From NCBI GenBank assembly GCA_016840035.1, contig JAEOTC010000076.1, forward strand, positions 1-64,000: a stretch of 64,000 nt of DNA, read 5' to 3'. Positions 18,173 to 28,958 of the stretch are shown in pieces. Source of the stretch: Candidatus Hodarchaeota archaeon. Its GTDB lineage: Archaea; Asgardarchaeota; Heimdallarchaeia; Hodarchaeales; Hodarchaeaceae. The translations under genes were made by a program, and so were the position numbers. Every line of letters begins with the position of its first letter. The first letter of the stretch is position 1. The notes under the pieces are model-generated. The model had not been told where the DNA came from. It ran no database searches and saw only the letters and a list, made by a program, of their open reading frames with translations.

Positions 18173-19976
18173 CTCTCTCCTTGATGATTTTCTCCAATGT
18201 TATCTTTATGTCGATTTGTCCATTCTCTTGAGTTTTCCACAGTAAAGGGTAGATTTCACCTGTTTTCATCAATTCTTCGTGAGTGCCCTGTTCAATTATC
18301 GCCCCACGATTTAAAATAATGATTCTATCAACATTTTTTAATGTACTGAGACGTTGAGTTATGAATATAACCGTATGTTTGAGAGGAGAATCCTTTAACA
18401 TCTTATCGAACGCATCTAGGAATAGAGCTTCTGTATAGATATCGAGGGATGATGTAGCATCATCTAATATCATTATAGGATTTCGTCGAAGTAGCATCCT
18501 AGCAATGGCCAACCTCTGTTTCTGTCCACCTGAAAGAGTTACACCTCGTTCTCCTACAAGTGTATCAACCCCTTCTGGAAGTGAATTCACAAATTCAGAT
18601 AGTTGAGTAATAGCTAAAACCTTGTTAAGCTCCTCAGATGGAATATCACCGAGTTCAAATGATAAGTTCTCTGCTATAGTCCTACCAAAGAGAAATGGCT
18701 CTTGATGTACAAAACCGACTTGTTTTCTCCAGGTAGATAAATCAAGATCCTGTATATCATAGCTATTTTCTGCATACCGAATAGTTACCTTCCCGGAGGT
18801 TACATCTTGGAACCTGGGTATCAAGGAAATAAGCGTACTCTTCCCTGATCCAGTTGATCCTAATAAAGCAATTTTCTCTCCTGATCTAATTGTTAAAGAT
18901 ATATTGGAGAGTATCGGACGTTCTGTGAATTTGAAACTTACTCGATCAAAACACACATCAGGAGTTTCATTTGCAGGAACACCATATCCTAGCATTTCTT
19001 GCTCTGTAAATGAACTATCGTCAATTAAAGAGAACACTCGGTTTCCTGCTGCTACTACACGCTGATAAGTGATTAAAGAAAATGCTAAAAACCGTGTAGG
19101 AAGAGCTAGCATCGTAAAATAAGTAAAAAGTGAAATAAGTATACCAACTGTTATTCGTTCTTGAATAGCTGCTGCTCCTCCTGCATAGATGAGAATTGTT
19201 ACTAAGAGATTAACAACCAACACTATTGATGGAAGGAAGAGAGATCTGATCTTAAAAGCATATGCTCTGAGCTCCATATAGCCTTGATTCTGTTCGTCAA
19301 ACTTTCTTTTTTCACGAGTTTCAGCACGGAAAGCTCTGACAATTTGCGCACCTGAGATATTTTCAGTGATTACTGCGGTTAATTCGCCATATTTTTCTCT
19401 CAACTCAAAGAATAGAGGCCCTAGGATCCTCGAAATCCAATATGAAAGGAGTAGAAGACTTGGGGTTACAATAGCTACTAGAATAAACAGTATAGGGTCA
19501 ATAGATAAAAGTATGAGATAAATTCCGGTATAAGTCAAAAATGCCTGTAATAAAATACGTTCTCCCCATACTAGGAATTCTCCGATTGGCTCGAGATCTG
19601 TTGTTGCACGCGACATAAGATCACCTGTCCTATGTCGATCGAAGAATCTCATAGAAGATGTTTCATATTTGATAAAAAGATCTGTTCGAATTTTTCGTAT
19701 TATTGCTTCTCCCTGTAAGTACCCTGAGTATCTACCTAAGAAATGGGAAAGATTTCTGATAAGACTGGCAATGACAATTAATCCGACCCCCGAAAGGACT
19801 AATGAGGCCTTAAAATCACCAGTTTCTAGTGATACCAAGATATTGTCAATGGTTAATCCGATTAATAATGGAATGGCTAGCTCGGCTATCTGAGAAATAA
19901 GAATTGACACTATCACAATAGTGGCAAGAGCTTTTTGTGTAAGCACATAGGAGAAGAGCTTTTTTAAGACATTCAC
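18165..19976 (-). CDS. Heterodimeric ABC exporter subunit with a degenerate site
   Basis: GSTGSGKS; LSGGQKQ; Walker B LDDATS (E to D); switch TQR (H to Q). Confidence 0.93.
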   Translation of the reverse strand: MNVLKKLFSYVLTQKALATIVIVSILISQIAELAIPLLIGLTIDNILVSLETGDFKASLVLSGVGLIVIASLIRNLSHFLGRYSGYLQGEAIIRKIRTDLFIKYETSSMRFFDRHRTGDLMSRATTDLEPIGEFLVWGERILLQAFLTYTGIYLILLSIDPILFILVAIVTPSLLLLSYWISRILGPLFFELREKYGELTAVITENISGAQIVRAFRAETREKRKFDEQNQGYMELRAYAFKIRSLFLPSIVLVVNLLVTILIYAGGAAAIQERITVGILISLFTYFTMLALPTRFLAFSLITYQRVVAAGNRVFSLIDDSSFTEQEMLGYGVPANETPDVCFDRVSFKFTERPILSNISLTIRSGEKIALLGSTGSGKSTLISLIPRFQDVTSGKVTIRYAENSYDIQDLDLSTWRKQVGFVHQEPFLFGRTIAENLSFELGDIPSEELNKVLAITQLSEFVNSLPEGVDTLVGERGVTLSGGQKQRLAIARMLLRRNPIMILDDATSSLDIYTEALFLDAFDKMLKDSPLKHTVIFITQRLSTLKNVDRIIILNRGAIIEQGTHEELMKTGEIYPLLWKTQENGQIDIKITLEKIIKERDE

Positions 19977-20019
19977 TAAAGAATGGCACCTCTAGGTATT
20001 CGAGTGATTAAAGAAGATT

Positions 20020-20913
20020 TTATGCTGTAGATTCGTCAATTTTCTCCTCAAAAAACCCGAGCATATCACTTTTTAAATCAAAAATGATATATGGATTAGC
20101 TACAATCAGATTGAGCTGAAATAGCGACCTGGTTTTCATAAACCAGCTGATCTCGGTCACAACACGCGCACTGAACTCTTTGGATGTGGCTTCCAACGCA
20201 TTTCTCACCTGAGTAAAGGAATATTTATCGGCACTTACATTGACCTCTAAAGGATATAGAAAGTATTTCTGGTCATCCTGATTAGCAAATTTTGTTCTCA
20301 TTCCTTTCAGGATATCAACAACGTCATCAACACTATCGAATTTATCACCTTCATGATCTTTCCATGTTATTGTACCTTTATCTATTGATTCTGATGGGAT
20401 TCTTATTTCTGTATTCTTGATCATTGTTCCTAGGAGCTTTTGATTGGTAATTAGCATATGAACACCCTCTGGAGTGAGAATGCTTGTATAATTGATTGAA
20501 ATTTCTTCCACAATTCCCTCTGTTTTAAAGTTTGGAAGAATTACGTAATCTCCTACACTAAAGGGATTGGTTATTAGTAAATACAATCCACTAATGAAAT
20601 TCCCAATTGTGTCCTTTGAGGCAAAGCCAATAGCTGTTCCGAGTAATGCAGCTGCTCCAACGAATAATTCATTCCCACCTAACCATAACAATCCTAGGAG
20701 TAATATAGTAACTCGTCCTAGTATTTTAAGTGCGTTATGTTGAGTGGGAGTTAACTTTGACTTTGCTCTATCCAGTAAAATGCCCCAAAGAAGCCAGAAA
20801 AAAAGAATGATAATTATTCTGAAAATCACAAACTCCAGAATTGGGCGGGAATCGCTCAAGAATTCATAAATATAATCTAGGGTCTGAATAAGAGGATCTT
20901 GTAATACTGTCAT
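20020..20913 (-). CDS. MscS-family mechanosensitive channel
   Basis: AIGFASKDTIGNFISGLYL..PFSVGD; start placed at ATG 20913. Confidence 0.85.
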   Translation of the reverse strand: MTVLQDPLIQTLDYIYEFLSDSRPILEFVIFRIIIILFFWLLWGILLDRAKSKLTPTQHNALKILGRVTILLLGLLWLGGNELFVGAAALLGTAIGFASKDTIGNFISGLYLLITNPFSVGDYVILPNFKTEGIVEEISINYTSILTPEGVHMLITNQKLLGTMIKNTEIRIPSESIDKGTITWKDHEGDKFDSVDDVVDILKGMRTKFANQDDQKYFLYPLEVNVSADKYSFTQVRNALEATSKEFSARVVTEISWFMKTRSLFQLNLIVANPYIIFDLKSDMLGFFEEKIDESTA

Positions 20914-21074
20914 GTAAATCACTTCTAATGACAAACGGATTTTTTATTTTTAATTATCTTACCTCTCCAATTCTCCCCTTCAGGATATTTGCGAAATCTT
21001 TTGATTCAGAGACACAAAGGAAATTTCTTAGGGGTCTCAGAAATATGTTCAGAACTTCTTTTAGAAACCAGATC

Positions 21075-22205
21075 CTATCCTTTGAATATCGATATAGATC
21101 CTGTAGTGGTTTCGAGATTAGTAATATACTTTAAACTCGCTATACTAAAATTTGGACTAAAATATGGCAGATTAATTGATTCTGAAAACCCAGAAATAAT
21201 TGTTTGTCCAGTAGTAACCTGTGAATTCAGATAATATCCGATATCTCCTGAATCGTTGAAATTAAAGTTATAGTTGATCTGCCCCGTAACTGCTGCAAGA
21301 TCCAAGTGATATGTTGAATTATGTTGAGGAATAACTACCTGATCGAAATGTGCATAGATACTACCTGAAACAGTTTCAATATTCCAATATATGTCATTAT
21401 CGCAGATTAAATTATTAAACTGAGTATCAATATTTCCTGTGACGGTTTTTAGACTGTTCTTTGGATTCATGCCAGGAAAATAAGTATCTTCTAACGACGC
21501 ATATATACTACCTGTTGTAGTTTCGAGAGAGAGCTTTTCTATTTTGTTATTTCCTCCCGCTTGAAAACCAATTCCCCCAGTTATCACCTGCACATCAAAA
21601 GACGCTACTAATAAAGTTGAAACTTGAATAAAGATATCATAGTTAAAATGATCATTTGAATAGTCATTAAAGGAGTCAAACATGAATAAGGTCCGATTTC
21701 CAAATTCTTGTGTTTCAAACATATTTGCATCACCAATCGACTTGCCAGAAGGACCAAATACTTCTAATTCAATGAAAATAAGAGGTTCTGATTGGTTTTC
21801 TACAAAATCTATCTGGATATAACCAACGGAGTTATCAATAATGAACTCAACTTCAGTCATATTTGGGAGGTCAAGTCTCTCATACAGTGCAAAAGTACCT
21901 CCTAGATGTTCGTATGACATATCATTTGATATTAGAGCAACAAAAAGAGCTCCAGAAAGAGCAAGAATGACTACTATCGCCATAAATCCAAAAAAAACAG
22001 GTTTTCGTGAAGATGCATGTCTATAGGGGGAGGAATAAAACTGAGGAGGGGAGGATGATTTACTATGTTTGTGTCTTCCCGAGATAACATTTCTTTCATG
22101 AAGATTTTTCGAACTGAATGCAGGGAGTTTAGCACCACATTGTTCACAAAAAACTGAATCTACAGAGAGAATCTCAGAACCACAATTACTACAGTATTGA
22201 GTCAA
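21075..22205 (-). CDS. Zinc ribbon + TM + DUF4097-like beta-strand repeat protein
   Basis: CSNCG..FCEQCG; one TM helix; repeated (L/I)ET.TGSI motifs. Confidence 0.75.
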   Translation of the reverse strand: MTQYCSNCGSEILSVDSVFCEQCGAKLPAFSSKNLHERNVISGRHKHSKSSSPPQFYSSPYRHASSRKPVFFGFMAIVVILALSGALFVALISNDMSYEHLGGTFALYERLDLPNMTEVEFIIDNSVGYIQIDFVENQSEPLIFIELEVFGPSGKSIGDANMFETQEFGNRTLFMFDSFNDYSNDHFNYDIFIQVSTLLVASFDVQVITGGIGFQAGGNNKIEKLSLETTTGSIYASLEDTYFPGMNPKNSLKTVTGNIDTQFNNLICDNDIYWNIETVSGSIYAHFDQVVIPQHNSTYHLDLAAVTGQINYNFNFNDSGDIGYYLNSQVTTGQTIISGFSESINLPYFSPNFSIASLKYITNLETTTGSISIFKG

Positions 22206-22357
22206 GGTCTCATACCACGCCTAATATTACATTGTAAATTGATTTTATAATAGGCCAGATAGGGGAGGAAAAAATGGTGTATAAATTCCAGAAAATTCCC
22301 AAAGCCAAATGAACAATATTTAATCTTGTATAACTCTTAAGAGGATTCGTTTATCAA

Positions 22358-23281
22358 TCATCTAGAGGGGGAGAGATCATTCAAAGGATTGATTTCCCGT
22401 CTAAGAATGAATAATGCGATAAGAATACCAAGTAAACCAAAAATTTTGTTGAAAGATTGAATGGATAGTTCTCCGGCCACTTGGAAGATTAATTCCTCAT
22501 AAAATACAAAATATGCGCCAATAAAGGCAATAGTGACTGATAGGGCATTTGTAATCGGTGATACTATAGATAAACGTCCCCGCTCAAATGCTAATTGTTG
22601 AGCGATTGTTGCAAAACCGTAAGTGACAATAAGCATACACAAAGAGTAAATGATTAATCCATTCCTCGAAAGTATTCCTTGGAAATCATTATTAAGCCCG
22701 ATTAATAAGCTTTTTGTGAAAAAAGTCCCCACTCCAAAAAACGATCCAGCAAAGATTGGCAGTATAAATTCTGCTGGTCCCCCTGTTTTTGTCACAAAGA
22801 GTATAATTATCATCATTACGATAAGTCCAATGGTTACGGGGAATAATAATAATAGTAGAGGTTCGTTAATTTCGCTATTTGACTCAATACTAGGGGTCAA
22901 AGCAATCAGAAGAATGCCTATTATTAGTGTTCCAACCCCTACCCATTCAATGACTGATAACCGTTCCTTAAATACAACTGCAGCAAATATAAATGTAAAT
23001 AATAAATTAGTATTTACCAACGGTTTAACAATGGATACATCATAAATACTTAGCGCAACAGTATAAACAATAAAACCTGTTAACGCTGCTATTCCCCCAA
23101 TAAACCACATACGTGTGGTGAGTAAATTCCACGCAGCTGGAAGAACATCTCGAAAGAAATCATTTAGTTTAATCCCTCCAGATCTGAAAATACCGATTTT
23201 CATAATGATTGCAGAACCCCCCGAAATAATTCCATATATGAGCATGAAAACCAATACACCAATATTATTATCCAACGGCAT
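22358..23281 (-). CDS. DMT/EamA-superfamily transporter
   Basis: Multi-TM; VSIVKPL..FKERLS; SIVSPI. Confidence 0.8.
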   Translation of the reverse strand: MPLDNNIGVLVFMLIYGIISGGSAIIMKIGIFRSGGIKLNDFFRDVLPAAWNLLTTRMWFIGGIAALTGFIVYTVALSIYDVSIVKPLVNTNLLFTFIFAAVVFKERLSVIEWVGVGTLIIGILLIALTPSIESNSEINEPLLLLLFPVTIGLIVMMIIILFVTKTGGPAEFILPIFAGSFFGVGTFFTKSLLIGLNNDFQGILSRNGLIIYSLCMLIVTYGFATIAQQLAFERGRLSIVSPITNALSVTIAFIGAYFVFYEELIFQVAGELSIQSFNKIFGLLGILIALFILRREINPLNDLSPSR

Positions 23282-23337
23282 ACGTATACCTCTCTGTAAA
23301 TTTTTCTTCAGGGGTAATTAGGGGGAGGATTATACCT

Positions 23338-24027
23338 TTATTCTTCTTCTTCCATACGAATTTCGGATAATTCCTTAATTTCGTCCTGAAATGGATTCGA
23401 ACCATCTTCTTGAAGTATTTCAGGGTTTTGTGTTAAGTAGGAAAGCTCATCGGGGGATAATTCCACAGGAGAATCAACAGAATTAGTTTGTTGTTCAGAT
23501 TCAGTCGACTCCTCTAAGGAAGGGGAAGAGGAGGATTCTTCGTTCACATTTTCTTGGATTTCTTCTTCGGTCTTTTCTTCACCAAGAGTGAGATAGCGTA
23601 ATTCCTGGGAAGAAAGCTGATGCGAAGTATCTTGCATAATCGGTTGTGGCAAATTTGTTATAGCACCAGGTTCATGAACCGCAGGTTCCTTTCGTGTCTT
23701 ACCTGTAATTGATTCATAGGTTTCTTGGTCAACATAAGAAATTGTGGTCTCGTGAGTAATTCGATCATCTAATAAATCATTGTCTAATTCGATGTGAATA
23801 AAGAGTTTGCCATAATCCCGTAGAGGAATAACTGGTACGTGAACTTCCAAAAAATCACGATTAGAAGCCCCAGTATATTGGCTACGTACATGTTTTGTCT
23901 CATCTAAAATTTTCACGCGATATTTAGTAAGCCCTTCATTTAATTTGCAGCGAATGTAAAAAGGAATGGGGATATTCATAACAGAAAATTCGTCACCTGC
24001 ATCATCTACAATTTCTATTATTTTCAT
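23338..24027 (-). CDS. Hypothetical protein with an acidic disordered tail
   Basis: Beta-rich N-terminus; E/S-rich C-terminus with two LSxxELxYLT motifs. Confidence 0.65.
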   Translation of the reverse strand: MKIIEIVDDAGDEFSVMNIPIPFYIRCKLNEGLTKYRVKILDETKHVRSQYTGASNRDFLEVHVPVIPLRDYGKLFIHIELDNDLLDDRITHETTISYVDQETYESITGKTRKEPAVHEPGAITNLPQPIMQDTSHQLSSQELRYLTLGEEKTEEEIQENVNEESSSSPSLEESTESEQQTNSVDSPVELSPDELSYLTQNPEILQEDGSNPFQDEIKELSEIRMEEEE

Positions 24028-24676
24028 TCTTTTTTACCAGCTGGAACGGTAAGGATTTAGTGTTTCGTCTAAAATTTGTAGAGTAATATTTCAGAGATAA
24101 ATATTAGCCTTTCAATTTTTTAATCATCTGATGGTGTAACTAGATTCTTTAGTAATGCCTTTTTACTTATATTCGATTTATTTCCTAATATTACACCAAT
24201 TAGGGGAGATCAGTGGAATATTTTTCATTCATTAAATAAAACCGAGAATGATCTGAATTCAATCGACCATCATCAAAAATGAAGTCGATAAAAAGCAGAT
24301 TTCCTAATGAAATCTCAAAAGTAGTAATGTCTTGAAGTAATGGAGAATAGGAAGAAGGAGATGCCAAGTTATCTCCTTCATTCCAGAATGGGTTTGTTTT
24401 TGTTGAATTATGGGCAGATAATTCGGATATATCTACTTCACTATAGTTTATTCTCAGTCTAAATACGTACTCTTTCGATCTTCAGATGTGGAAATTGAAT
24501 ACTTCAAGGTTAGAAGATTATTAATTCATCTTTAGATTTCCTAATAATGGAATTCTGCTAAAAAAACAAACTTTCTGACTACCTGACTCCGTCATTCTCT
24601 TCATCTGTACATCATAATCAGTAATATATAAATGTATAAAACCAAGAGTTGTTATCAAAAGACTAAGTGAGAAGTT

Positions 24677-26419
24677 ATGGTTCCGAGATTGAATAATGTA
24701 ATCTCTAGAGGTTTTACTGCTTATCCAACTAGATTAAAAACCGTCTTAGTAATAATATTTCTTTGTTTCAATATTAGTCTTTTTTTTGGTACTTTTTCAG
24801 GAAATGTTGGTATGGTTGAAAGTACTGATGTACTCTCCAGCATAAATATGTCATCTAGTGTATCTGATTCTGTCAATCTCACCATTTTACACATCAATGA
24901 TCTTCATGGATGGCTTAATCCACGTGATGGCATTGGAGGAGTTGCTTCGTATATGGGATACTTCCAACAGGAAGGATTTGACCCCAATGAAGAGAATTCC
25001 TCATTTTTACTTCTCTCAGGAGGAGATCAAAATACTGGTCCTGCAACCGCGACTTTAAGCAAAGGTGAAGCAGTAATTGACGTAATGAATGCCATGGGAT
25101 TTGATGCGGCTTGTATTGGTAATCATGAATTTGACTACGGCGTAGAATGGATATATAAACGAAAAACTCAAGCTAATTTTCCCATTCTTTCCTCCAATAT
25201 TTATAATGTGGGTACCATGGATTTAGCGAACTTTTCCGTTCCTTGGACTCTTCAAAACCATTCAGGAGTCAATGTGGGGATCATTGGACTCACAACTCAA
25301 TCAACCTATACTTCTGCCCATCCAAAAGTAACGAGTAACTTCGATTTTGGAGATTATGAAGCCGCATTAAGAGCTCATATACCTGTTATGCGTGCGGCAG
25401 GAGCAGAACTGGTCATTGTACTCGCTCATTGCACTCCCAGTGAGTTATCCTCCTTAGCCTCTGACGTCTCTGATCTTGATATCAGTGTTTTCTTAGGTGG
25501 TCATGGTGGAACTGCAACTGTTACAGATGTAGGAGAATCAATTGTTGCAATGGCTGCTCATAAATCCAGACAGTATGTTAAGATCGAATTATCAGTCAAC
25601 CGCAGTACAGGAGAAGTTTTTGCTAGCACAGGGGAGCTTATTGATAATACCGATGGGGGCGTAACTCCTGATACTGGCATTCAGACAACTGTGGATCAAT
25701 GGGATGCTCAAATAAACGCAGGTGAAATTATTACTTACACCAGTGAAGATATTTATGACTCTTCAACAAATTCTGGTATAAGTGCACTTGTAACTGATGC
25801 ATTCATTCATTATTTTAATTATACATACAATTTTGGGATAACAAATCGTGGAGGGGGATTTCGGGATTATTTCAGGCAAGGAAATATTTCTATTGCCGAT
25901 ATAGTGTCAGTTATTCCTTTTGAAAATAACTTAATGATCTTTAATATCACAGGTGAAGATCTAGCACAATATACTTACTTCTCTGGGTATGCCCGTTCTG
26001 GATTGAAACAGATTGGGGATGATTATTATATTCAGGAGAATGGAGTATTCACCCCTCTAGATCCTTCAAAGAATTATACGGGAATTATCTGCGATTATCC
26101 TTGGTATGTCAATTATCAAAGTGTCTTTAATGCATCTGATACTGGAATACATTATCGTGATACTGTATTTTCATACTTCAGAGAATTAGATGATCTCGCA
26201 TTGCATGAAAGTGAAAATCGGACCTTATTCCCGCTATATAATCCTCCGAGCACGAGTACTACTGATACGACTTCCCAGGAATCCACCGAAAATACTAGCT
26301 CTACAAATCCAACAACCACAAATACTACTTCTGCAGGTTCTACAGGAGTGGATAATGCTTTACTGTTGATTATAGTGTCTCTATTCATATTTTCGCGAAA
26401 AATGACAAAAAAGAATTGA
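24677..26419 (+). CDS. Membrane-anchored 5'-nucleotidase / calcineurin-like phosphoesterase
   Basis: ILHINDLHG; SGGD; GNHEFDYG; GGH; PFEN; Ser/Thr linker and C-terminal TM. Confidence 0.9.
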   Translation: MVPRLNNVISRGFTAYPTRLKTVLVIIFLCFNISLFFGTFSGNVGMVESTDVLSSINMSSSVSDSVNLTILHINDLHGWLNPRDGIGGVASYMGYFQQEGFDPNEENSSFLLLSGGDQNTGPATATLSKGEAVIDVMNAMGFDAACIGNHEFDYGVEWIYKRKTQANFPILSSNIYNVGTMDLANFSVPWTLQNHSGVNVGIIGLTTQSTYTSAHPKVTSNFDFGDYEAALRAHIPVMRAAGAELVIVLAHCTPSELSSLASDVSDLDISVFLGGHGGTATVTDVGESIVAMAAHKSRQYVKIELSVNRSTGEVFASTGELIDNTDGGVTPDTGIQTTVDQWDAQINAGEIITYTSEDIYDSSTNSGISALVTDAFIHYFNYTYNFGITNRGGGFRDYFRQGNISIADIVSVIPFENNLMIFNITGEDLAQYTYFSGYARSGLKQIGDDYYIQENGVFTPLDPSKNYTGIICDYPWYVNYQSVFNASDTGIHYRDTVFSYFRELDDLALHESENRTLFPLYNPPSTSTTDTTSQESTENTSSTNPTTTNTTSAGSTGVDNALLLIIVSLFIFSRKMTKKN

Positions 26420-26441
26420 AAAATTCTGTAGATATTCAATA

Positions 26442-26912
26442 TTACGATTCTGGTCTTAGTCGTTTGGAAAAGTAGCAGACTTCTTCCCAGTTTTCATATC
26501 CATTACTCTCAAAACAATGCTTACTCGTAATATTATCCTTAAAAATCAATGCACCAAAGACTTCGATCCTTTTTTCGGTAAGTAGATATTCCTCTGCAGC
26601 TAATAACAATTCTTTCCCTATCCCCTGGTTTTGATCAGCTGGATTTACGGCTAATCTATTAATCCAGCCTTTACGTTCATCGTGAGATACTAATACGACA
26701 CCTATCAAACGATTATTCTCATACTTTCCAAGTAATATTACATTCCCAGTCTTTAATTGGTCTTTCATGAGATCAGGATGATCACGTCCATCCACCCGGG
26801 GATTCAATCCGACTTTTTCCCATAATTCTAGCACATCAGAATAATGAGCGAGTGAAAGTTTCTGAATCACGTAATCCGCCTTCTGTACTATATTTCTTTG
26901 AAAGAATTCCAT
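26442..26912 (-). CDS. GNAT acetyltransferase
   Basis: GWINRLAV.P..QNQGIGKELL. Confidence 0.88.
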   Translation of the reverse strand: MEFFQRNIVQKADYVIQKLSLAHYSDVLELWEKVGLNPRVDGRDHPDLMKDQLKTGNVILLGKYENNRLIGVVLVSHDERKGWINRLAVNPADQNQGIGKELLLAAEEYLLTEKRIEVFGALIFKDNITSKHCFESNGYENWEEVCYFSKRLRPES

Positions 26913-27682
26913 TTAGACATAAAATCGGTAGCTTTTTCCAGATCAATAGGTGAATGTAGATTTGAAGTGTCGTATTTTAAGGAACTTCCTATAATTACAC
27001 CTGAAATATGAGGAAATACTGTATCAACATTTTCTACAGTTACCCCGCTTCCTAGTATTGGTTTATACTTGGTTTTGTCCACGAATTGGGTCAATGAATC
27101 GAGTGAAAGAAGTGATCCAGTTTCTCTTCCAGACAATATAACAGCATCAGCACCTCCGCGGGATAACGCGTTTCTTGTAGCTTCCTCTAAAGAGAATTGG
27201 CCTAGTGGAGTAGCGTGTTTTACTCCAACATCTGCTAATATGAGCACCCCAGAGTTAAGTAACTGTTTTTCACGAACCACTTCTTCAGCTAATCCCTCAA
27301 TAATTCCCTGATCAGTGACATAAGCTCCTTCCCAGATATTACAGCGTATAAAACTCGCAGAATTCATAGTTGCGATAGTTAATGCTTGTAAACAAGCATT
27401 TCGAAGGATATTCACCCCAACAGCGATTGCAGGTACCGCATCAATTATTTTAGTGACGATTTTACTCATTAATAGGAATTTAGAATCAGAAATTCGTGTT
27501 TTAGCAAAAGGGATGTCATGAAAATTTTCTATAAGTATGGCATCAAATCCTGCCTGCTTCAAAGTAAGTGCATCCGCAAGACTGATACTGAAGGCTTCAT
27601 CAAATTTGAAATCAGGAGAATAAGAACTTTCAAAGGAAGGAAGATGTATCATTCCAATTGCTGGTTTAGCTTCAAGATCCAA
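26888..27682 (-). CDS. BtpA/SgcQ family TIM-barrel protein
   Basis: IGMIHLP; IENFHDIPF; GVNILRN; ADVGVKHA; ADAVILSG.ETG. Confidence 0.9.
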   Translation of the reverse strand: MDLEAKPAIGMIHLPSFESSYSPDFKFDEAFSISLADALTLKQAGFDAILIENFHDIPFAKTRISDSKFLLMSKIVTKIIDAVPAIAVGVNILRNACLQALTIATMNSASFIRCNIWEGAYVTDQGIIEGLAEEVVREKQLLNSGVLILADVGVKHATPLGQFSLEEATRNALSRGGADAVILSGRETGSLLSLDSLTQFVDKTKYKPILGSGVTVENVDTVFPHISGVIIGSSLKYDTSNLHSPIDLEKATDFMSKWNSFKEI

Positions 27683-27849
27683 TGGATGGTTAGGTACTGG
27701 TAATCACTTCACTTCCAAAAAATTTTATCATGTGAACAATAGCATAGATATTCTTAAGTTCCCCTCCACTAACAATCCTGCTCGAGAAGTTTAATTTTTC
27801 ACGAATCATTTCCCTCTTTTTGAATGTGATGACGGTTTTACCGGCTGAA

Positions 27850-27869
27850 CTAAATAGTTTACTATTTAG
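27850..27869. promoter_or_regulatory. Perfect 9-bp inverted repeat between divergent genes
   Basis: CTAAATAGT-tt-ACTATTTAG. Confidence 0.4.
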
Positions 27870-27911
27870 AGATGATGAGTACTGGCAACCTGATCATATA
27901 GATGAAATTAA

Positions 27912-28841
27912 ATGAGTACATGTAATTGTGGATCCATGGCAGTATATTTTGACCCGTTCAATCCTTATTCTCGCCACTTTTGTTCCTCTTGTTTTGTCAA
28001 ATATATTGAGAGTAAAGTATTAAAAAGAGTGCCCCGTAAAGTCCGTGGCCATCCAATTGCTGTTGCAGTCTCGGGAGGAAAAGATAGTCTAGCACTGCTT
28101 AATGTTTTATACACCTATCGAAGTGAGATGAAAATTCCTTCGATAAGTGTATTCATTCTTGAAGAAGAAATCCCAGAAATTCACCAAGAAAGGCAGTTAA
28201 TGCTTGAGTTTATCCATAAAAAATATCCAGATCTTCCGGTCCATTATGTAAAATACTCAGATATCTATGATTACAACCTTCCAGATCTCGTAAATCTGAA
28301 TGATGTAAAAGGTCTCGGTTATACCCCATGTACTATCTGTGGAATCCTTCGTAAACACGCTCTTTTCAATCTAGGAATTCAATTTGGAGTTGATTTTATC
28401 GCTCTCGGCACAACACTAGAGGATGAGACTGCTACATCGATATTGAATATTATTCGAGGAATTTCGCTTCAAAGAAATAAACAAAGTTCACAACTGGAAG
28501 AGAAACCCACACAAAAACTTCCTCAACGCATTAAACCTTTAGTCCGTGTATCAGAAGATCTGATTAATGAGTATATTCGGATTATGGATATCCCCATAAT
28601 TTCAAGCTCTTGCCCATATGCAGATCGGTCTTTAAGATCAGACATATCATCATTCATTTCAAAATTAAAAACTCGCGATCCCCAAGGATCATTTCTTTAT
28701 AATATCCTGAAAACTAGATATCGCTTCACAAAAACCGACAATCAAAGACAAATTTATCCCTGTAATCGGTGCCAGATGGTCTCCCACCAAGTTCTTTGTC
28801 CAAGTTGCACTATAATATCAAAATTAGAAGACTCGAGCTGA
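27912..28841 (+). CDS. TtuA/NcsA/Ctu1-family tRNA thiolation-like PP-loop ATPase
   Basis: VAVSGGKDS; PCTICGILR; RIKPL; CPY; terminal zinc fingers. Confidence 0.82.
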   Translation: MSTCNCGSMAVYFDPFNPYSRHFCSSCFVKYIESKVLKRVPRKVRGHPIAVAVSGGKDSLALLNVLYTYRSEMKIPSISVFILEEEIPEIHQERQLMLEFIHKKYPDLPVHYVKYSDIYDYNLPDLVNLNDVKGLGYTPCTICGILRKHALFNLGIQFGVDFIALGTTLEDETATSILNIIRGISLQRNKQSSQLEEKPTQKLPQRIKPLVRVSEDLINEYIRIMDIPIISSSCPYADRSLRSDISSFISKLKTRDPQGSFLYNILKTRYRFTKTDNQRQIYPCNRCQMVSHQVLCPSCTIISKLEDSS

Positions 28842-28958
28842 TATTCTTCTTACCGATACAGAATTTATTTTAGAGAGGGGGTGCAAATCTATATTAGCGG
28901 GATTTTTCGTTACAGAATCATACAACTTCAATTAAATTATCCTTTAATCGAACAATAA

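Noticed and set aside
26235-26345. Repeat element in the Ser/Thr-rich stretch
   Set aside because: Low-complexity protein linker, not a DNA repeat
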